DNA of 64,000 nucleotides from an uncultured Spirochaetales bacterium (GCA_949289575.1 CASEOG010000001.1:24671-88670); one strand, 5' to 3'; shown: positions 48,379 through 60,471, counted from the stretch's first letter. Notes: generated by a model not told the origin, from the letters alone. Numbers and translations are program-made.

Positions 48379-49525
48379 CACCCGAAGAGAGACTGTCGCT
48401 CCCTGCGGAAGTGTCCGGATTTTTTTTCCTGCGCGGGCGGCGCCGGGAAGATTTTTTCCGTCCGTTCTGTTTTCCGGAGAGAGTCACGCCGTCCCGGATC
48501 TCAAAAATCAACTTAATGGCAGCTTCGACGGGAGCAACAGGCCACTGCAACGGCGTCTGAAGCGATTTGCAGAACCCTTTTTTTTCGACACAGTTTTCGA
48601 AGAAACCGAGACGAGGATTAAACGGCGGCAAAAATGGTTTTAAAAAACGGAACATCATCATTTCGCGGCCGACACCGTTCTCCGATGCACATGCCGCTTC
48701 CTCATCAAGCTGTCTCAGTTCATCATAAAAACAGTCCCTAACCGTTCCCGACCGTGATATCAGAGCGGCCGCCTCCGGCAAAAAATAGCGGAGAAGATTC
48801 AGTTTTTCCGTCTGCAGAAAAATCGGGGCCGCTTTTCCCGATGAAAGAATCTTAAAAAATTCTTCCGTCAGACGGGAAACCGAAACGGATGAAAGCATTT
48901 GTGCTTTTTTGCGAATCGTCATCCGGATCTGTAAAGGAATTTTTAATTCACATTTGGCCGCATATTTGGCTGCACGCAGCATTCTGACCGGATCCGAATC
49001 GAATATTGTTTTTAAAGGAATAACATTGGAAAGCCGGTGGGACTTTAAATCTTTATATCCGCCGACATAATCGACAAGCTGCTCCTTTTCGGGGTCGAAA
49101 AAAAGTGCGTTTACGGAAAAATCGCGTCTTTTGACATCTTCATCTATTGTTCCGTACACGGCATTAAAATTATCCGACGAAACCGACCTGAAGGTCGTCA
49201 CTTCGACAATATACCGGCCCGGAAAAACAACATGGGCAAGTTTAAACCTTTTACCGATAATCCATGCATTTGAAAAAATTTTTTTTATCCGGTTGGGAGA
49301 GGCATCGGTTGCGACATCGAAATCTTTAGGAATCTTATTGAGCAACAGGTCTCTTACGGCACCCCCGACAATATATGCCTGAAACCCTGCCTTGTGTAGT
49401 GTCCTGACGACGTGGAGAGCCTGAGGTGAAACCATATTTTTTCGGAGAGGATGCTCCTCTCTTGTGTAAACAGAAGCACTCTTAATTCTCCGTCCGTGAG
49501 AATCGATTCCGTATCGATAAATCAT
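48350..49525 (-). CDS. tRNA nucleotidyltransferase / poly(A) polymerase family protein (CCA-adding enzyme-like)
   Basis: The head-domain motif ...AYIVGGAVRDLLL...DFDVAT... is present. The C-terminal tail is basic. Confidence 0.7.
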   Translation of the reverse strand: MIYRYGIDSHGRRIKSASVYTREEHPLRKNMVSPQALHVVRTLHKAGFQAYIVGGAVRDLLLNKIPKDFDVATDASPNRIKKIFSNAWIIGKRFKLAHVVFPGRYIVEVTTFRSVSSDNFNAVYGTIDEDVKRRDFSVNALFFDPEKEQLVDYVGGYKDLKSHRLSNVIPLKTIFDSDPVRMLRAAKYAAKCELKIPLQIRMTIRKKAQMLSSVSVSRLTEEFFKILSSGKAAPIFLQTEKLNLLRYFLPEAAALISRSGTVRDCFYDELRQLDEEAACASENGVGREMMMFRFLKPFLPPFNPRLGFFENCVEKKGFCKSLQTPLQWPVAPVEAAIKLIFEIRDGVTLSGKQNGRKKSSRRRPRRKKNPDTSAGSDSLSSGEKKAAGKSE

Positions 49526-49535
49526 CTCTTTTTCG

Positions 49536-51761
49536 CTATCGCACCGTTACGGAAGTCCGCAACGGTAAATTTTCGGAACTGTTTCCGATTAAAATGTCAA
49601 ACTGCCCGGGTTCGACAATCCATTTTTTCTGTGTATCATCATAATAACGGAAGGACTCCTCTGTCAGCGACATCGTCACCGTTTTCGCTTCTCCGGGATT
49701 CAGAAATATTTTCTCAAATCCTTTCAATTCTTTGTAAACACGATCCAAACGGGAAACCGGATCATGCACATACAGCTGTACGACTTCGGCGCCCGCTCTC
49801 TCTCCCGTATTTTTTACGGTAACCGTCACATCCGTTCCCTGTGCGGCGTCAAACGATTTTCTTGAAACCGTCAGCCCGGTAATCTCGAATTCCGTATAGG
49901 AAAGTCCGAAACCGAACGGGAATTGAGCCGGCCGGCCGACTTTATCGAGGAAGCGATATCCCAAATAACGGCCTTCCGCATACTCCATGCGATCCATTCG
50001 GTCATAAACATCGGGACTGTACTCGAAACGGTCGAAAGCCGCCGACTTCAGCATTTTCGGATCTCCTCCGAATACTTTAAACCGGCCTGTGCCGAGAGGA
50101 GAAATCATTCTGTATTTCGTATCTTTCGGCCAGATAACAAGTTTGTCCGGGTTTTCGACCTGGGCCGCAACCGGTCCGAAATCTTCCCACTTCTTGACCA
50201 TTGTATACGGCAGCTTTCCGGAAGGATTCACATCTCCGAAAACAATCCGGGCCAAAGCTGCGTCGGCCCATTTGCCGGCAAATCCGAGTTGAATAAACCC
50301 TTTCACTTCGTGAAGCCAACTCTCCGTCTCGATTCCCCCGCCGTAATTGCTGACGACAACCAAATTCGGGTTCAGTTTCGACAGTTTATGAATCTCTTTG
50401 CGGTTCCGTTCGCTCATCTCCCAGTTTCTGTCATTTGCTTCACCTTCTCCGAAGACCCATAATCCGGCAAAATAAAGAACCACATCGGCATTCTTTATCG
50501 TCACGACATCGGAAACACCGCACTGTCTGATTTTCGTTTCCCGGTCTCTGTAAGGTTTGAAGCCGGAAAGCGCATTCACAGTCATCAGCCGCCCCGGGCG
50601 CCCCGAAAATACGGTGCACGCACCTACCGTTGTCGTATTCAGATTACGACTGTTGGCACCGACAAGAACGACATTTCTCGGTTCGGTTTGGGACACAGGT
50701 AAAATATTATCCTGATTCTTCAGAAGTACAATACCTTCCTCCGCCAATCGACGGGCAAGCTTATCATGTTCTTCCGGATTCTTTTCCAATGAATCATCGA
50801 TCTGAGGTCCGTCGTAAAGCCCCTTTTCGATATATGTCCTCAAAATCCGAAAAACTTTATCGTCAAGCAGTTTTTCCTTATCCGCCAGATTTAATGCGGC
50901 GATGCATTTTGCATCATAATAAGGACTTCCGACCGGCATCTCCAAATCCAGCCCCGAAACAAACGGTCCTTCCGTCGAATAAACCGACATCCAATCCGAA
51001 ACGATAAAACCTTTAAAACCCCATTCGTTTTTCAGAATATCGGTCATCAGATATTTATTTTCCGACATCGGAAATCCGTTAACGGGATTATATCCCGTCA
51101 TCACAGATCCGACCCCCGCTCTGACGGCAGCTTCAAACGGCGGCAAATAAATTTCACGCATTGTCCGTTCGTCAATATCACTGCTTGTTCCGTGACGGTC
51201 GAAGTCCTGATTATTGGCCAGAAAATGTTTGACACAGGAAACGACATTCTGGCTCTGCATCGCCCTGACATAAGCAATTGTCATTTCCGACGTCAGAAAA
51301 GGATCCTCTCCCATATATTCGAAATTACGGCCGCAATTGGGCATACGGTATATGTTGACACCGGGCCCCAGAATCACCCGCTCGCCCCGGGCCTTGCCTT
51401 CTTTGGCGACCGCTTCCGCCATTGCCGCCATTGCCGCTCTGTCCCAGGAAGAGGTGACGATTAATGTCGAAGGGAAGCTTGTCCCGTGAAAAGAAATGCC
51501 CATCGTCGAATCCTGCATCGAGACAGCGGGAAGCCCCAAACGCTTTACTTCCCCCTGAATTTTCCAGGCCGATCCGTTTATAAACGAAACTTTTTCATCG
51601 TAAGTCATTTCGGCAAGAATCATTTCGGCTTTTTCGTCAACAGAGAGGTCCGTTTCCATGACCTTTCTCAGAAATGTTTTCTCATCGCCTTGTGAAACAC
51701 AGGATAAGAGACAAAAAAGAACTCCTGCAAAAATCCGTCGATACATTGTAAAATACTCCAA
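49536..51761 (-). CDS. Glycoside hydrolase family 3 beta-glucosidase (BglX-like)
   Basis: 741 aa. The catalytic-nucleophile motif GFKGFIVSDW is present, with a C-terminal domain and an N-terminal signal peptide. Confidence 0.85.
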   Translation of the reverse strand: MEYFTMYRRIFAGVLFCLLSCVSQGDEKTFLRKVMETDLSVDEKAEMILAEMTYDEKVSFINGSAWKIQGEVKRLGLPAVSMQDSTMGISFHGTSFPSTLIVTSSWDRAAMAAMAEAVAKEGKARGERVILGPGVNIYRMPNCGRNFEYMGEDPFLTSEMTIAYVRAMQSQNVVSCVKHFLANNQDFDRHGTSSDIDERTMREIYLPPFEAAVRAGVGSVMTGYNPVNGFPMSENKYLMTDILKNEWGFKGFIVSDWMSVYSTEGPFVSGLDLEMPVGSPYYDAKCIAALNLADKEKLLDDKVFRILRTYIEKGLYDGPQIDDSLEKNPEEHDKLARRLAEEGIVLLKNQDNILPVSQTEPRNVVLVGANSRNLNTTTVGACTVFSGRPGRLMTVNALSGFKPYRDRETKIRQCGVSDVVTIKNADVVLYFAGLWVFGEGEANDRNWEMSERNRKEIHKLSKLNPNLVVVSNYGGGIETESWLHEVKGFIQLGFAGKWADAALARIVFGDVNPSGKLPYTMVKKWEDFGPVAAQVENPDKLVIWPKDTKYRMISPLGTGRFKVFGGDPKMLKSAAFDRFEYSPDVYDRMDRMEYAEGRYLGYRFLDKVGRPAQFPFGFGLSYTEFEITGLTVSRKSFDAAQGTDVTVTVKNTGERAGAEVVQLYVHDPVSRLDRVYKELKGFEKIFLNPGEAKTVTMSLTEESFRYYDDTQKKWIVEPGQFDILIGNSSENLPLRTSVTVR

Positions 51762-51823
51762 TATAAATATTCTTTCTAAAGGATAATCGTTCCGATGAAA
51801 TAATCAAGAAATAAAACAAAAAA

Positions 51824-52903
51824 TTAAAACACAGTTATACGGGAATCCCGGCTTTTCAGCAGAGCGGACACCGTTTCGAAAAGGCGGGGGGCATCGTCGG
51901 AAAAGGGAGCGGCATCACGCAAAAAAAGAGTACGATGCTCCCGCCCCCGATTGACGGAATAGGTCAATTCGACGGAGGGGTCATTAACCGACAGCAGACG
52001 AAGACCGTCCGCCTTTTCCGTCACCCTCAGAACAACCCGGAAAATACCGCCGACACTGCACTCGGGACGATGCCCCATCCAGCCGATAAAATTCCCCAGC
52101 CCCCAAAAGACAAACGCATCCCCTCCTTTGGGAGAATCGAATCTCTCGAAAGCGCGGATAACATGCGCATGATTTCCGAAAACAACATCGACCCCTGCCT
52201 CAATCAGAGACCCGACCAAAGCGCGATCGGAGGTCCGGGGTTCTGTTATATACTCGTCTCCGTAATGCAGCATGACAATAACGAAATCATATTTACCGGA
52301 AGCATCCGCGATGCGGTCACGGAGTCTGATCCGGTCTGATGTATTTGCGACAGGTGAAGGATCCGGATAGGCAATATTGGTAATATCGGTTACGGAAAAA
52401 AGCGCAACGGATATATCCTTTACCAGAAGCACCAGCGGCTGAAGAGGATCTTCGCCTCCGGCAGCCGTCCCGACAAAAAGCGCACCGGTCTTTCTGTAAT
52501 AACCGACTGCTGCCTCGATGCCGGCCCGTCCGCGATCCAATGAATGATTATTGGCTGTTCCGAAAACATCGAATCCGGTTTTACGTAAAGCATCGACCAG
52601 TTCGAACGGAGCGTTAAAAAACGGATAACCGCTGATACCGAATTCCCGTCCGGCCGTCGGAGTTTCCTGATTGACAATGGCGATATCATCCTGTTGTACG
52701 GAACCGGCAACCGAAGCCGTTATTTCGTAAAAATCGGAAAGCGATCCGTTTTCGTTAAAATGGCGGTAATTACCGTCGTAAAACAGAACGTCTCCGCAGG
52801 CCGAAACGGACAGCTCCGTAACGAAATCTTCTTTTTTTTCCGGGATACGACAGGCTGCCGCAAAAAAAAGCAAAATGAGTAAAATCGACTTCGACCGGAT
52901 CAT
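51824..52903 (-). CDS. CapA/PgsA-family metallophosphoesterase (poly-gamma-glutamate synthesis-type)
   Basis: Motifs ...GTANNHSLDRG... and ...FGNHAHV.... Confidence 0.65.
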   Translation of the reverse strand: MIRSKSILLILLFFAAACRIPEKKEDFVTELSVSACGDVLFYDGNYRHFNENGSLSDFYEITASVAGSVQQDDIAIVNQETPTAGREFGISGYPFFNAPFELVDALRKTGFDVFGTANNHSLDRGRAGIEAAVGYYRKTGALFVGTAAGGEDPLQPLVLLVKDISVALFSVTDITNIAYPDPSPVANTSDRIRLRDRIADASGKYDFVIVMLHYGDEYITEPRTSDRALVGSLIEAGVDVVFGNHAHVIRAFERFDSPKGGDAFVFWGLGNFIGWMGHRPECSVGGIFRVVLRVTEKADGLRLLSVNDPSVELTYSVNRGREHRTLFLRDAAPFSDDAPRLFETVSALLKSRDSRITVF

Positions 52904-53652
52904 GAGAGACGGGTCAGAATTTCGGTATGATCGGGGAATACGGCAACCGTATCCTCAAAGTGGGCCGAAAGAGATCCGTCACATGTCACAACCGTCCAGT
53001 CATCATCCAAAACATCAACTTCGTACGATCCCGCATTGATCATCGGTTCGATAGCAATTACCATTCCCGACTGAAGGCGCGGATTCTTTCCGGCAAATTC
53101 GCAATAATTGGGAACCTCGGGCTCCTCGTGAAGTTTCAGACCGATTCCGTGCCCGCAGTAATCGCGCACGACACCGTAACCGTATGATCGGGCATGAGCC
53201 GATACAGCTCCGGAAATATCTTTAATACGGTTTCCGCATTTGGCCGCGGCAATCCCTTTGTCGAGACATTCGTAGGTAACCTGCATCAGTTTTGCGGCAT
53301 CCGGAGACACCTTTCCGACGGGAAAGGTTCGCGCCATATCACTGAAAAAACCTTTCAGATTAATTCCCAAGTCCATACCGACAATATCTCCCTCACGAAG
53401 CTGCCGGTTCCCGGGAATACCGTGAATGACCTCATCGTTAACGGAAATACAGGCCGACCCCGGAAAGCCCCCGTAATTCAAAAATGCGGGACGGCCTCCG
53501 TGACCGGTTATATAACGGTAAACCCACCTGTCAATCTGTCCGGTCGTCACGCCGGGGCGGATTTCTTCGCGCACTTCTTCCATCAGTTTTGCCAGAAGAC
53601 GGCATGACTGACGAATTCCGTCAATTTCTTCTTTTGTTTTGAGAACTATCAT
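52900..53652 (-). CDS. map: Type I methionine aminopeptidase
   Basis: 250 aa with the M24A metal-ligand context (...GHGIG...). Confidence 0.85.
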   Translation of the reverse strand: MIVLKTKEEIDGIRQSCRLLAKLMEEVREEIRPGVTTGQIDRWVYRYITGHGGRPAFLNYGGFPGSACISVNDEVIHGIPGNRQLREGDIVGMDLGINLKGFFSDMARTFPVGKVSPDAAKLMQVTYECLDKGIAAAKCGNRIKDISGAVSAHARSYGYGVVRDYCGHGIGLKLHEEPEVPNYCEFAGKNPRLQSGMVIAIEPMINAGSYEVDVLDDDWTVVTCDGSLSAHFEDTVAVFPDHTEILTRLS

Positions 53653-55325
53653 TTTTCTATACCCGAATTCAGATAATCAATATAAGAAATAACCTCTATA
53701 TTGGCGGGGTCCAAATCATGTGCCAACCTGAAAGATCGCATTGCTTTTTCGTATTCTTTTTTCATCAGATAAATTCGCCCGTATAAAACATGTACCGCAG
53801 CCGCCAACGGAGCATCCTCCCAATCAACATAAGAACGAGCCTTGTCGGCCTCACTCAGAGCCCTGTCGGAATACCCGAAATAAAGCGACAAAAGGGCACA
53901 GTTATAATAGGGCTGATACCCCATCCGATAGCGGCCCGTTTCCCGAACCGCTTTATGCGTACATTCCGAGAAAAAGTCATAAGCGGCCGGAAAATCTTCT
54001 TTCAGAACCGCGGAAACTCCGGCATAAAAATCAATCCACGCCCGAGATCCGAAATCGCGTCGACAATGTTTCAAAAGCGTTTCCATTTCCGCATAATCGG
54101 ACAGTCCCGTCAGATACCACAGAAAAACCTGAGGAATTTTTTCATTGATACCTTTGTTGTTATTGTAAAGATTCCACAAAGCGCCTATAAAACGCTCCGG
54201 TGAAACAGTCGAAAGAAGAAACTGATAAGCTATGACCGCATCGGGATTGTCGACATCAATCTTGAGAAAATTCTCCAGAACGGCTTTAGCCTTCTCCTGT
54301 TCGTTCAATTTTATATAATCTTCCGCAAGTTTCAAATTCAAAAGAGCAATGCCGGGAAAGGCACGGACGCCCTTCTCCATGAAAGCGACAGCCTCCGGAG
54401 TCTCTCCGTAAATATACGCCAGATTATAATACGGAATATAACTGTAGTCGGGATACATTTTCACGAAGTCGGCATAAAGGGCAGCCGCCTCGTTGGTAAT
54501 TCCCAGTTCGAGCGACAAATCGGCAAGAAACAGAAACCAGTCGCGGTTATGCTCCAGAAAAAAATCCCGATCCGGCATCTGGGCATACGAATAGGCTGCC
54601 TCATCTTCTTCCGCATCGTAAGCCAGATAACTGCCCAAGACAGGATGACTTTTGCCGATTTTCCGGTCAAACAGCGAAAATGCTTCTTTCACGTTCCCGG
54701 CAAGGGCCAGACTCAGAATATAATTCTTTACCAGGCGGGAGTCGTCGTTATTTTCCGACAAATAAAGATAACCGTTGGGATCATCCGAGCGGGCCACCGA
54801 TACTGCGGCACGACTGAGCGAATCCAGTGAAGCAAGGTTCAGCTTGTCATCGTTTTGCGAACGAAGAGCGGCCTCGCTTAAAAGTGAAGAGAGAATTCCG
54901 ACAGTCTCAAACGAATCCGAAGCCACCGACCACGCCTTATCATACTGTCCTGTTCGCAAAAGAGCATAGACGTACAACGAACGGGCATCGCGCCGGTCGG
55001 GATAATTACGGTATACATGCTCGCCGAAATCGGCAAAACGGGAGAAATTATCTTTTTCCACGGCAATTTTATAAACCCGTTTCAAAACTTCCTTCGAGAC
55101 GGAAAAATCCAGAGAAAAGGTTTTCAGATCTTCCAACAGCTGCTCGGCCTGAGAATAGTGGCCTTTTGCGATTTGCCGGTCGATTCCTTCAAGCTGATAC
55201 GAGACCTGTGTCTGCGCCTTGTGTTTTAAGGCAATCCTGACACCTGCGGCAATTCCGCCTCCCAATACGGCAAGAACACAAATCGAGACAAAGGCAACAA
55301 TAAATCCTTTTGCTTTCCCTGTCAT
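53649..55325 (-). CDS. TPR-repeat protein with an N-terminal membrane anchor
   Basis: 558 aa with an N-terminal transmembrane segment and many TPR-like helical repeats. Confidence 0.55.
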   Translation of the reverse strand: MTGKAKGFIVAFVSICVLAVLGGGIAAGVRIALKHKAQTQVSYQLEGIDRQIAKGHYSQAEQLLEDLKTFSLDFSVSKEVLKRVYKIAVEKDNFSRFADFGEHVYRNYPDRRDARSLYVYALLRTGQYDKAWSVASDSFETVGILSSLLSEAALRSQNDDKLNLASLDSLSRAAVSVARSDDPNGYLYLSENNDDSRLVKNYILSLALAGNVKEAFSLFDRKIGKSHPVLGSYLAYDAEEDEAAYSYAQMPDRDFFLEHNRDWFLFLADLSLELGITNEAAALYADFVKMYPDYSYIPYYNLAYIYGETPEAVAFMEKGVRAFPGIALLNLKLAEDYIKLNEQEKAKAVLENFLKIDVDNPDAVIAYQFLLSTVSPERFIGALWNLYNNNKGINEKIPQVFLWYLTGLSDYAEMETLLKHCRRDFGSRAWIDFYAGVSAVLKEDFPAAYDFFSECTHKAVRETGRYRMGYQPYYNCALLSLYFGYSDRALSEADKARSYVDWEDAPLAAAVHVLYGRIYLMKKEYEKAMRSFRLAHDLDPANIEVISYIDYLNSGIEK

Positions 55326-55729
55326 TTGCCCGCCTCCCTGGAGAGCTTATCCAAGATTCCGTTAACAAATTTATAAGATTCATCCGCCGAGAACGATTTC
55401 GAAATTTCGACCGCCTCATCAATAATGATTTTTGAAGGAAGCGGCTGCGTCTGAAAGCACATTTCGTATACAGCTACACGCAGAACCGCCAGATCAACCT
55501 TTGCTATCCGGTCAAAATCTCTCTTTTCCGAGGCTTCCAGAATCATACGATCGATTTCTTCGAGACAGGAAAAAGTTCCTTCCGTCAGCATATGAGCAAA
55601 AAGAAGGCTTTCCTCATGCAAATCACCGGAGGCCCATCTGAAATCGGAAAGAGCTCTCCTGTCGCGACTCATCCCGTAATTATAGAGAGCCTGGACAGCA
55701 ACAACACGACCGGAATGACGGACTCCCAC
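55322..55729 (-). CDS. nusB: Transcription antitermination factor NusB
   Basis: 135 aa. The N-terminus reads ...RVVAVQALYNYGMS.... Confidence 0.8.
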   Translation of the reverse strand: MGVRHSGRVVAVQALYNYGMSRDRRALSDFRWASGDLHEESLLFAHMLTEGTFSCLEEIDRMILEASEKRDFDRIAKVDLAVLRVAVYEMCFQTQPLPSKIIIDEAVEISKSFSADESYKFVNGILDKLSREAGK

Positions 55730-56763
55730 TAATTTAAATCCTTTTGAAAATATTTGATTTCCGCTTCGTCACGAAGTTCTTTACTCAACTCCTGCAAAGC
55801 GGTATTATACTGCTCGTACATTTTAATAGCCTGCATCCGTTCTTTTATACTGTCGCCGAATGTCACAGGCTGTTCGGGATCGATCTTGTCATCATAGTTC
55901 GGAATCCCGGCTTCTTCTTTGGCTGTCACCTTAAAAATGTGGTAACCGCGTCCGGTTTCCTGAACGGGGGTTACCCCTCCGACCGGCAGCGCAAAAAGAG
56001 TCTCGACGACTTTGGCATCCATAAGCTGAAAGGCTTCATTATACAGAAGCCATCCCATGGCACCCCCGTTATACTTGGAACCGCGGTCTTCGGAGTATGT
56101 CCGCGCCGCTTCCTCGAAACTCATCTTTCCTGAAGCCACTTTTGCACCCGCTTCATCGATAACCTTTCTGGCATTCTTCTTGTCGGCTGCGGCCAAACCT
56201 GTCGTATCGATATAAATCTGACTGACCCGAACCCGAGCCGGGAGATTCAGGGTTCCGGCATTAACCTGTTTTCGAAATTCCGTCCGTGCTTCCGCGTCGG
56301 TAATTTCCGGCGGAATCATTGCTTTCGGCCGTTTTTTCGCTACATACTGTTTGATTTTTTCCTGATTGGTGTATGCCTCTTTGATTCTGTCGAGAGACAT
56401 CCCGCCGTACGTTTCCAGATCTTTATCGGTGGCCGTTCGTTTTAAAAGCGTCGAAAGTTCGGCCAGTTTCTGTTTTTTGAAATTATTAAATGAAGAATCA
56501 TTTACCCGGATTCCGTCCCTGTCGGCCCCCTGGACCAGTAATGCCACATCAATCAGCTGATCCAGCACTTCCTGTTTTGTAACGGAAACGGAATTATTCG
56601 ACGCCTTCATAATTTCGTCGTAGCGGTCATCAACAGAGGCTCTGGTAATCGGCTCGCGTCGAATCAGTTCGACTGTCGCCACAATATTATCAATACGGTC
56701 TGCGGAGAAAGCACCCGTTAAAGCTGCTCCCGCCATCAAAAGTGTAAAGAAATATTTTTTCAT
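55729..56763 (-). CDS. Peptidyl-prolyl cis-trans isomerase, parvulin family (SurA/PrsA-like)
   Basis: A signal peptide, a SurA-like N-terminal region, and a C-terminal PpiC domain (...GGAMGWL...GYHIFKV...). Confidence 0.7.
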   Translation of the reverse strand: MKKYFFTLLMAGAALTGAFSADRIDNIVATVELIRREPITRASVDDRYDEIMKASNNSVSVTKQEVLDQLIDVALLVQGADRDGIRVNDSSFNNFKKQKLAELSTLLKRTATDKDLETYGGMSLDRIKEAYTNQEKIKQYVAKKRPKAMIPPEITDAEARTEFRKQVNAGTLNLPARVRVSQIYIDTTGLAAADKKNARKVIDEAGAKVASGKMSFEEAARTYSEDRGSKYNGGAMGWLLYNEAFQLMDAKVVETLFALPVGGVTPVQETGRGYHIFKVTAKEEAGIPNYDDKIDPEQPVTFGDSIKERMQAIKMYEQYNTALQELSKELRDEAEIKYFQKDLN

Positions 56764-56783
56764 ACCAGAGCCCCCTTCACCTT

Positions 56784-57152
56784 TTATTCCTCTGTTACGG
56801 TTTCCGCACCGGCATCCGTGGCGTTCAATTCCTGAATTTCGTCGATCCAGGTTTTTTCGGCACCGCTTCGGGCATTTACTTCCGCTTCCACTCCGTCCGT
56901 TGCTTTCGAATCACTGTAGCTCTTGGTATAAACCATCATCAGACTCAGCGAGAGGACAAAGAAAAGAACAGCCAGAATTCCCGTAAAACGGGTCAGAATA
57001 TTCCCGGACTGCAGACCGACAGACGAATTATTGCTTCCGCCGAAAATTCCGCCGAGCCCGTCACCCTGGTCGTCCTGAATCAAAATCACGCCCATAAGCA
57101 AAACGGACACGATACAAAATAAGATTAATAAAAGGACACTTAATACTGCCAT
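56784..57152 (-). CDS. secG: Preprotein translocase subunit SecG
   Basis: 122 aa. The N-terminal helix is followed by the ...LIQDDQGDGLGGIFGG... motif. Confidence 0.75.
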   Translation of the reverse strand: MAVLSVLLLILFCIVSVLLMGVILIQDDQGDGLGGIFGGSNNSSVGLQSGNILTRFTGILAVLFFVLSLSLMMVYTKSYSDSKATDGVEAEVNARSGAEKTWIDEIQELNATDAGAETVTEE

Positions 57153-57163
57153 CTGAAACTCCG

Positions 57164-57916
57164 TTATTTATCGTAATTGACAATCGGGAGGAAAGTTTCC
57201 GCCTTCAACGAAGCTCCTCCAATCAGACCGCCGTCGATATCCGGCATCGCCATCAGTTCTTTCGCATTGCCGGCATTCATCGATCCGCCGTACTGAATAA
57301 TCATATTCTCGGCACATTTCGGACAATACAGGGCTGCGATTTTGGCACGGGCTGCCACATGAACTTCCTGTGCATCATGCGGTGTTGCGGTTTTTCCCGT
57401 TCCGATAGCCCAGACAGGCTCGTATGCGATTGTCACACGGGACAGTTCTTCGGCCGAAACATCTTTCAATCCGGCTTCGATTTGTGCATTGACAACTTCA
57501 ATGGCTTTTCCGGCTTCGCGTTCGTCAAGCGTTTCTCCGACGCACAAAATCACTTCCAGTCCGTGAGCCAATGCCAGTTTCACCTTTTTGTTGATGACTT
57601 CATCGGATTCCTTGTAAATCGACCGTCTTTCGGAATGGCCGAGAATCACAACCTGAACACCGACATCTTTCAACATCAAAACGGAAGTCTCCCCCGTATA
57701 GGCACCGGCTTCGGCAAAAGCCATGTTTTGGGCTCCCAGCAAAATCGGACTGCCGGCAAGCACTTTGGAAACCGCATCCAGACAGGTAAAATTGGGCGCA
57801 ATCAGAACACGATGGGGGCATTCCTTAACCGATTTTACCAGGGATTTTGCCAATTCGACTGCCTGTGTCACAGTCAAATTCATTTTCCAGTTTCCGGCAA
57901 TAAAACTCTTTCTCAT
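57164..57916 (-). CDS. tpiA: Triosephosphate isomerase
   Basis: Active-site context ...FIAGNWKMN...AYEPVWAIGTG...GGASLK.... Confidence 0.95.
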   Translation of the reverse strand: MRKSFIAGNWKMNLTVTQAVELAKSLVKSVKECPHRVLIAPNFTCLDAVSKVLAGSPILLGAQNMAFAEAGAYTGETSVLMLKDVGVQVVILGHSERRSIYKESDEVINKKVKLALAHGLEVILCVGETLDEREAGKAIEVVNAQIEAGLKDVSAEELSRVTIAYEPVWAIGTGKTATPHDAQEVHVAARAKIAALYCPKCAENMIIQYGGSMNAGNAKELMAMPDIDGGLIGGASLKAETFLPIVNYDK

Positions 57917-57935
57917 TTCTCTCTATCCTCCGTAA

Positions 57936-59120
57936 TTACTGCTCCAATGCGACAATACCGGGCAGTTTTTTACCTTCCAGGAATTCCAGAGAGGCGCCGC
58001 CGCCTGTCGAAACATGGCTCAATTTTTTTGACAGTCCGAATTTATTGGCTGCCGCTACGGAATCTCCGCCGCCGACAACGGTTATGCCCTGACATTCGGC
58101 AACAGCCATTGCCACCTGTTTGGTTCCGTTGGCAAATTTATCAAATTCAAAAACTCCCATCGGGCCGTTCCAGACAACGGTTTTGGCCGGAATAATCGCC
58201 TTTGAAAACAGTTCGATTGTTTTGGGACCGATATCCATTCCCATTTTATCGGCGGGAATATTATCGGAATCGATAATCGTGGCTTCCGCATTTTCGGAAA
58301 ACTCCGAAGCAACCACATTATCGACAGGCAGAAGAACCTGTACGCCCGCTTTTTCCGCAGCCGCCAGAAAATTCTTCGCGGTATCCAGAAAATCGGCTTC
58401 CAGGAGCGACTTCCCGACTTCATACCCTTTCGCTTTCAGGAAAGTATAGGCCATACCGCCGCCGATGATAAACGTATCGGCCGTCTTCAGCAGCGATTCC
58501 AAAACGGCAATCTTGGAAGAAACTTTCGCACCGCCGATAATGGCGACCAACGGCTTATCGGGATTGGTCAGAATCGGAGCAAAAAACTTCACTTCCTTTT
58601 CAATCAAAAATCCGGCTGCGGAGGGCAGAAAATGAGCAACCCCTTCCGTGGAAGCTTCCGCACGGTGAGCCGTACCGAAAGCATCGTTAACATAAACATC
58701 ACCGAGAGCGGCCAACTGTTTCGCAAATTCGGGATCGTTTTTCTTTTCGGCTTTATAGTAGCGGACATTTTCCAGGAACAGAATTTCGCCCGGTTTCAGA
58801 GCTTTGGCAGCCGCTTCGACCTTTTCGCCGATTGTATCATCGATATACTGAACCGGTCTGTCCAGTTTTTCGCTTAATCTTTTAGCGATCGGTTTCACGG
58901 AAAACTGCGGTTCCCGTGTTCCGTCTCCGGCCGGCCGGCCCAGGTGACACATAATCACCAGAGATGTGCCCGGTTTGGCCAAAATATATTCAATTGTCGG
59001 CAAAGCTTCGACAATTCTGGTTTCATCCGTAATGACTCCGTCCTTAATCGGAACGTTAAAATCGACGCGCAGCAAAACACGCTTATTATCCAAATCAATA
59101 TCACGAACGGTTCTCAACAT
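57936..59120 (-). CDS. pgk: Phosphoglycerate kinase
   Basis: 394 aa with the ...RVDFNVP... motif near the N-terminus and the ...GGGASLE... region. Confidence 0.95.
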   Translation of the reverse strand: MLRTVRDIDLDNKRVLLRVDFNVPIKDGVITDETRIVEALPTIEYILAKPGTSLVIMCHLGRPAGDGTREPQFSVKPIAKRLSEKLDRPVQYIDDTIGEKVEAAAKALKPGEILFLENVRYYKAEKKNDPEFAKQLAALGDVYVNDAFGTAHRAEASTEGVAHFLPSAAGFLIEKEVKFFAPILTNPDKPLVAIIGGAKVSSKIAVLESLLKTADTFIIGGGMAYTFLKAKGYEVGKSLLEADFLDTAKNFLAAAEKAGVQVLLPVDNVVASEFSENAEATIIDSDNIPADKMGMDIGPKTIELFSKAIIPAKTVVWNGPMGVFEFDKFANGTKQVAMAVAECQGITVVGGGDSVAAANKFGLSKKLSHVSTGGGASLEFLEGKKLPGIVALEQ

Positions 59121-59192
59121 AAGACTTTTCCTCCGAAATCAAAAAAAGAAAAGACAGCCCCTGCAACGAGGGGCTGCGGTTTTCAGATCAAA

Positions 59193-60257
<1,065 letters not shown>

Positions 60258-60299
60258 CTATCTCCTTGTAACCTGAAAATCAGGGTATTACCTTTTTAA

Positions 60300-60328
60300 A
60301 ATATATTCCAAATACAAATGGTTGTCAA
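60300..60328 (-). promoter_or_regulatory. Consensus-like sigma70 promoter of the gap-pgk-tpiA-secG operon (TTGACA-17-TATATT on the minus strand)
   Basis: Read on the minus strand: TTGACA (plus-strand 60323-60328), a 17-nt spacer, and TATATT (plus-strand 60300-60305), about 45 nt upstream of the gap start. Confidence 0.5.
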
Positions 60329-60471
60329 TAAGAAACGGGGGAATCCTCCGATTTTTCACAAGAGGCCGCAAAACGGCACTTTCTCTTTTTCCTTTAAATC
60401 GGCCGCACGGACAAAAAAGTGTTGCGAAACGCCCGATTCCGTTTTAAAATAGTATTAACAGGAGATTTTTT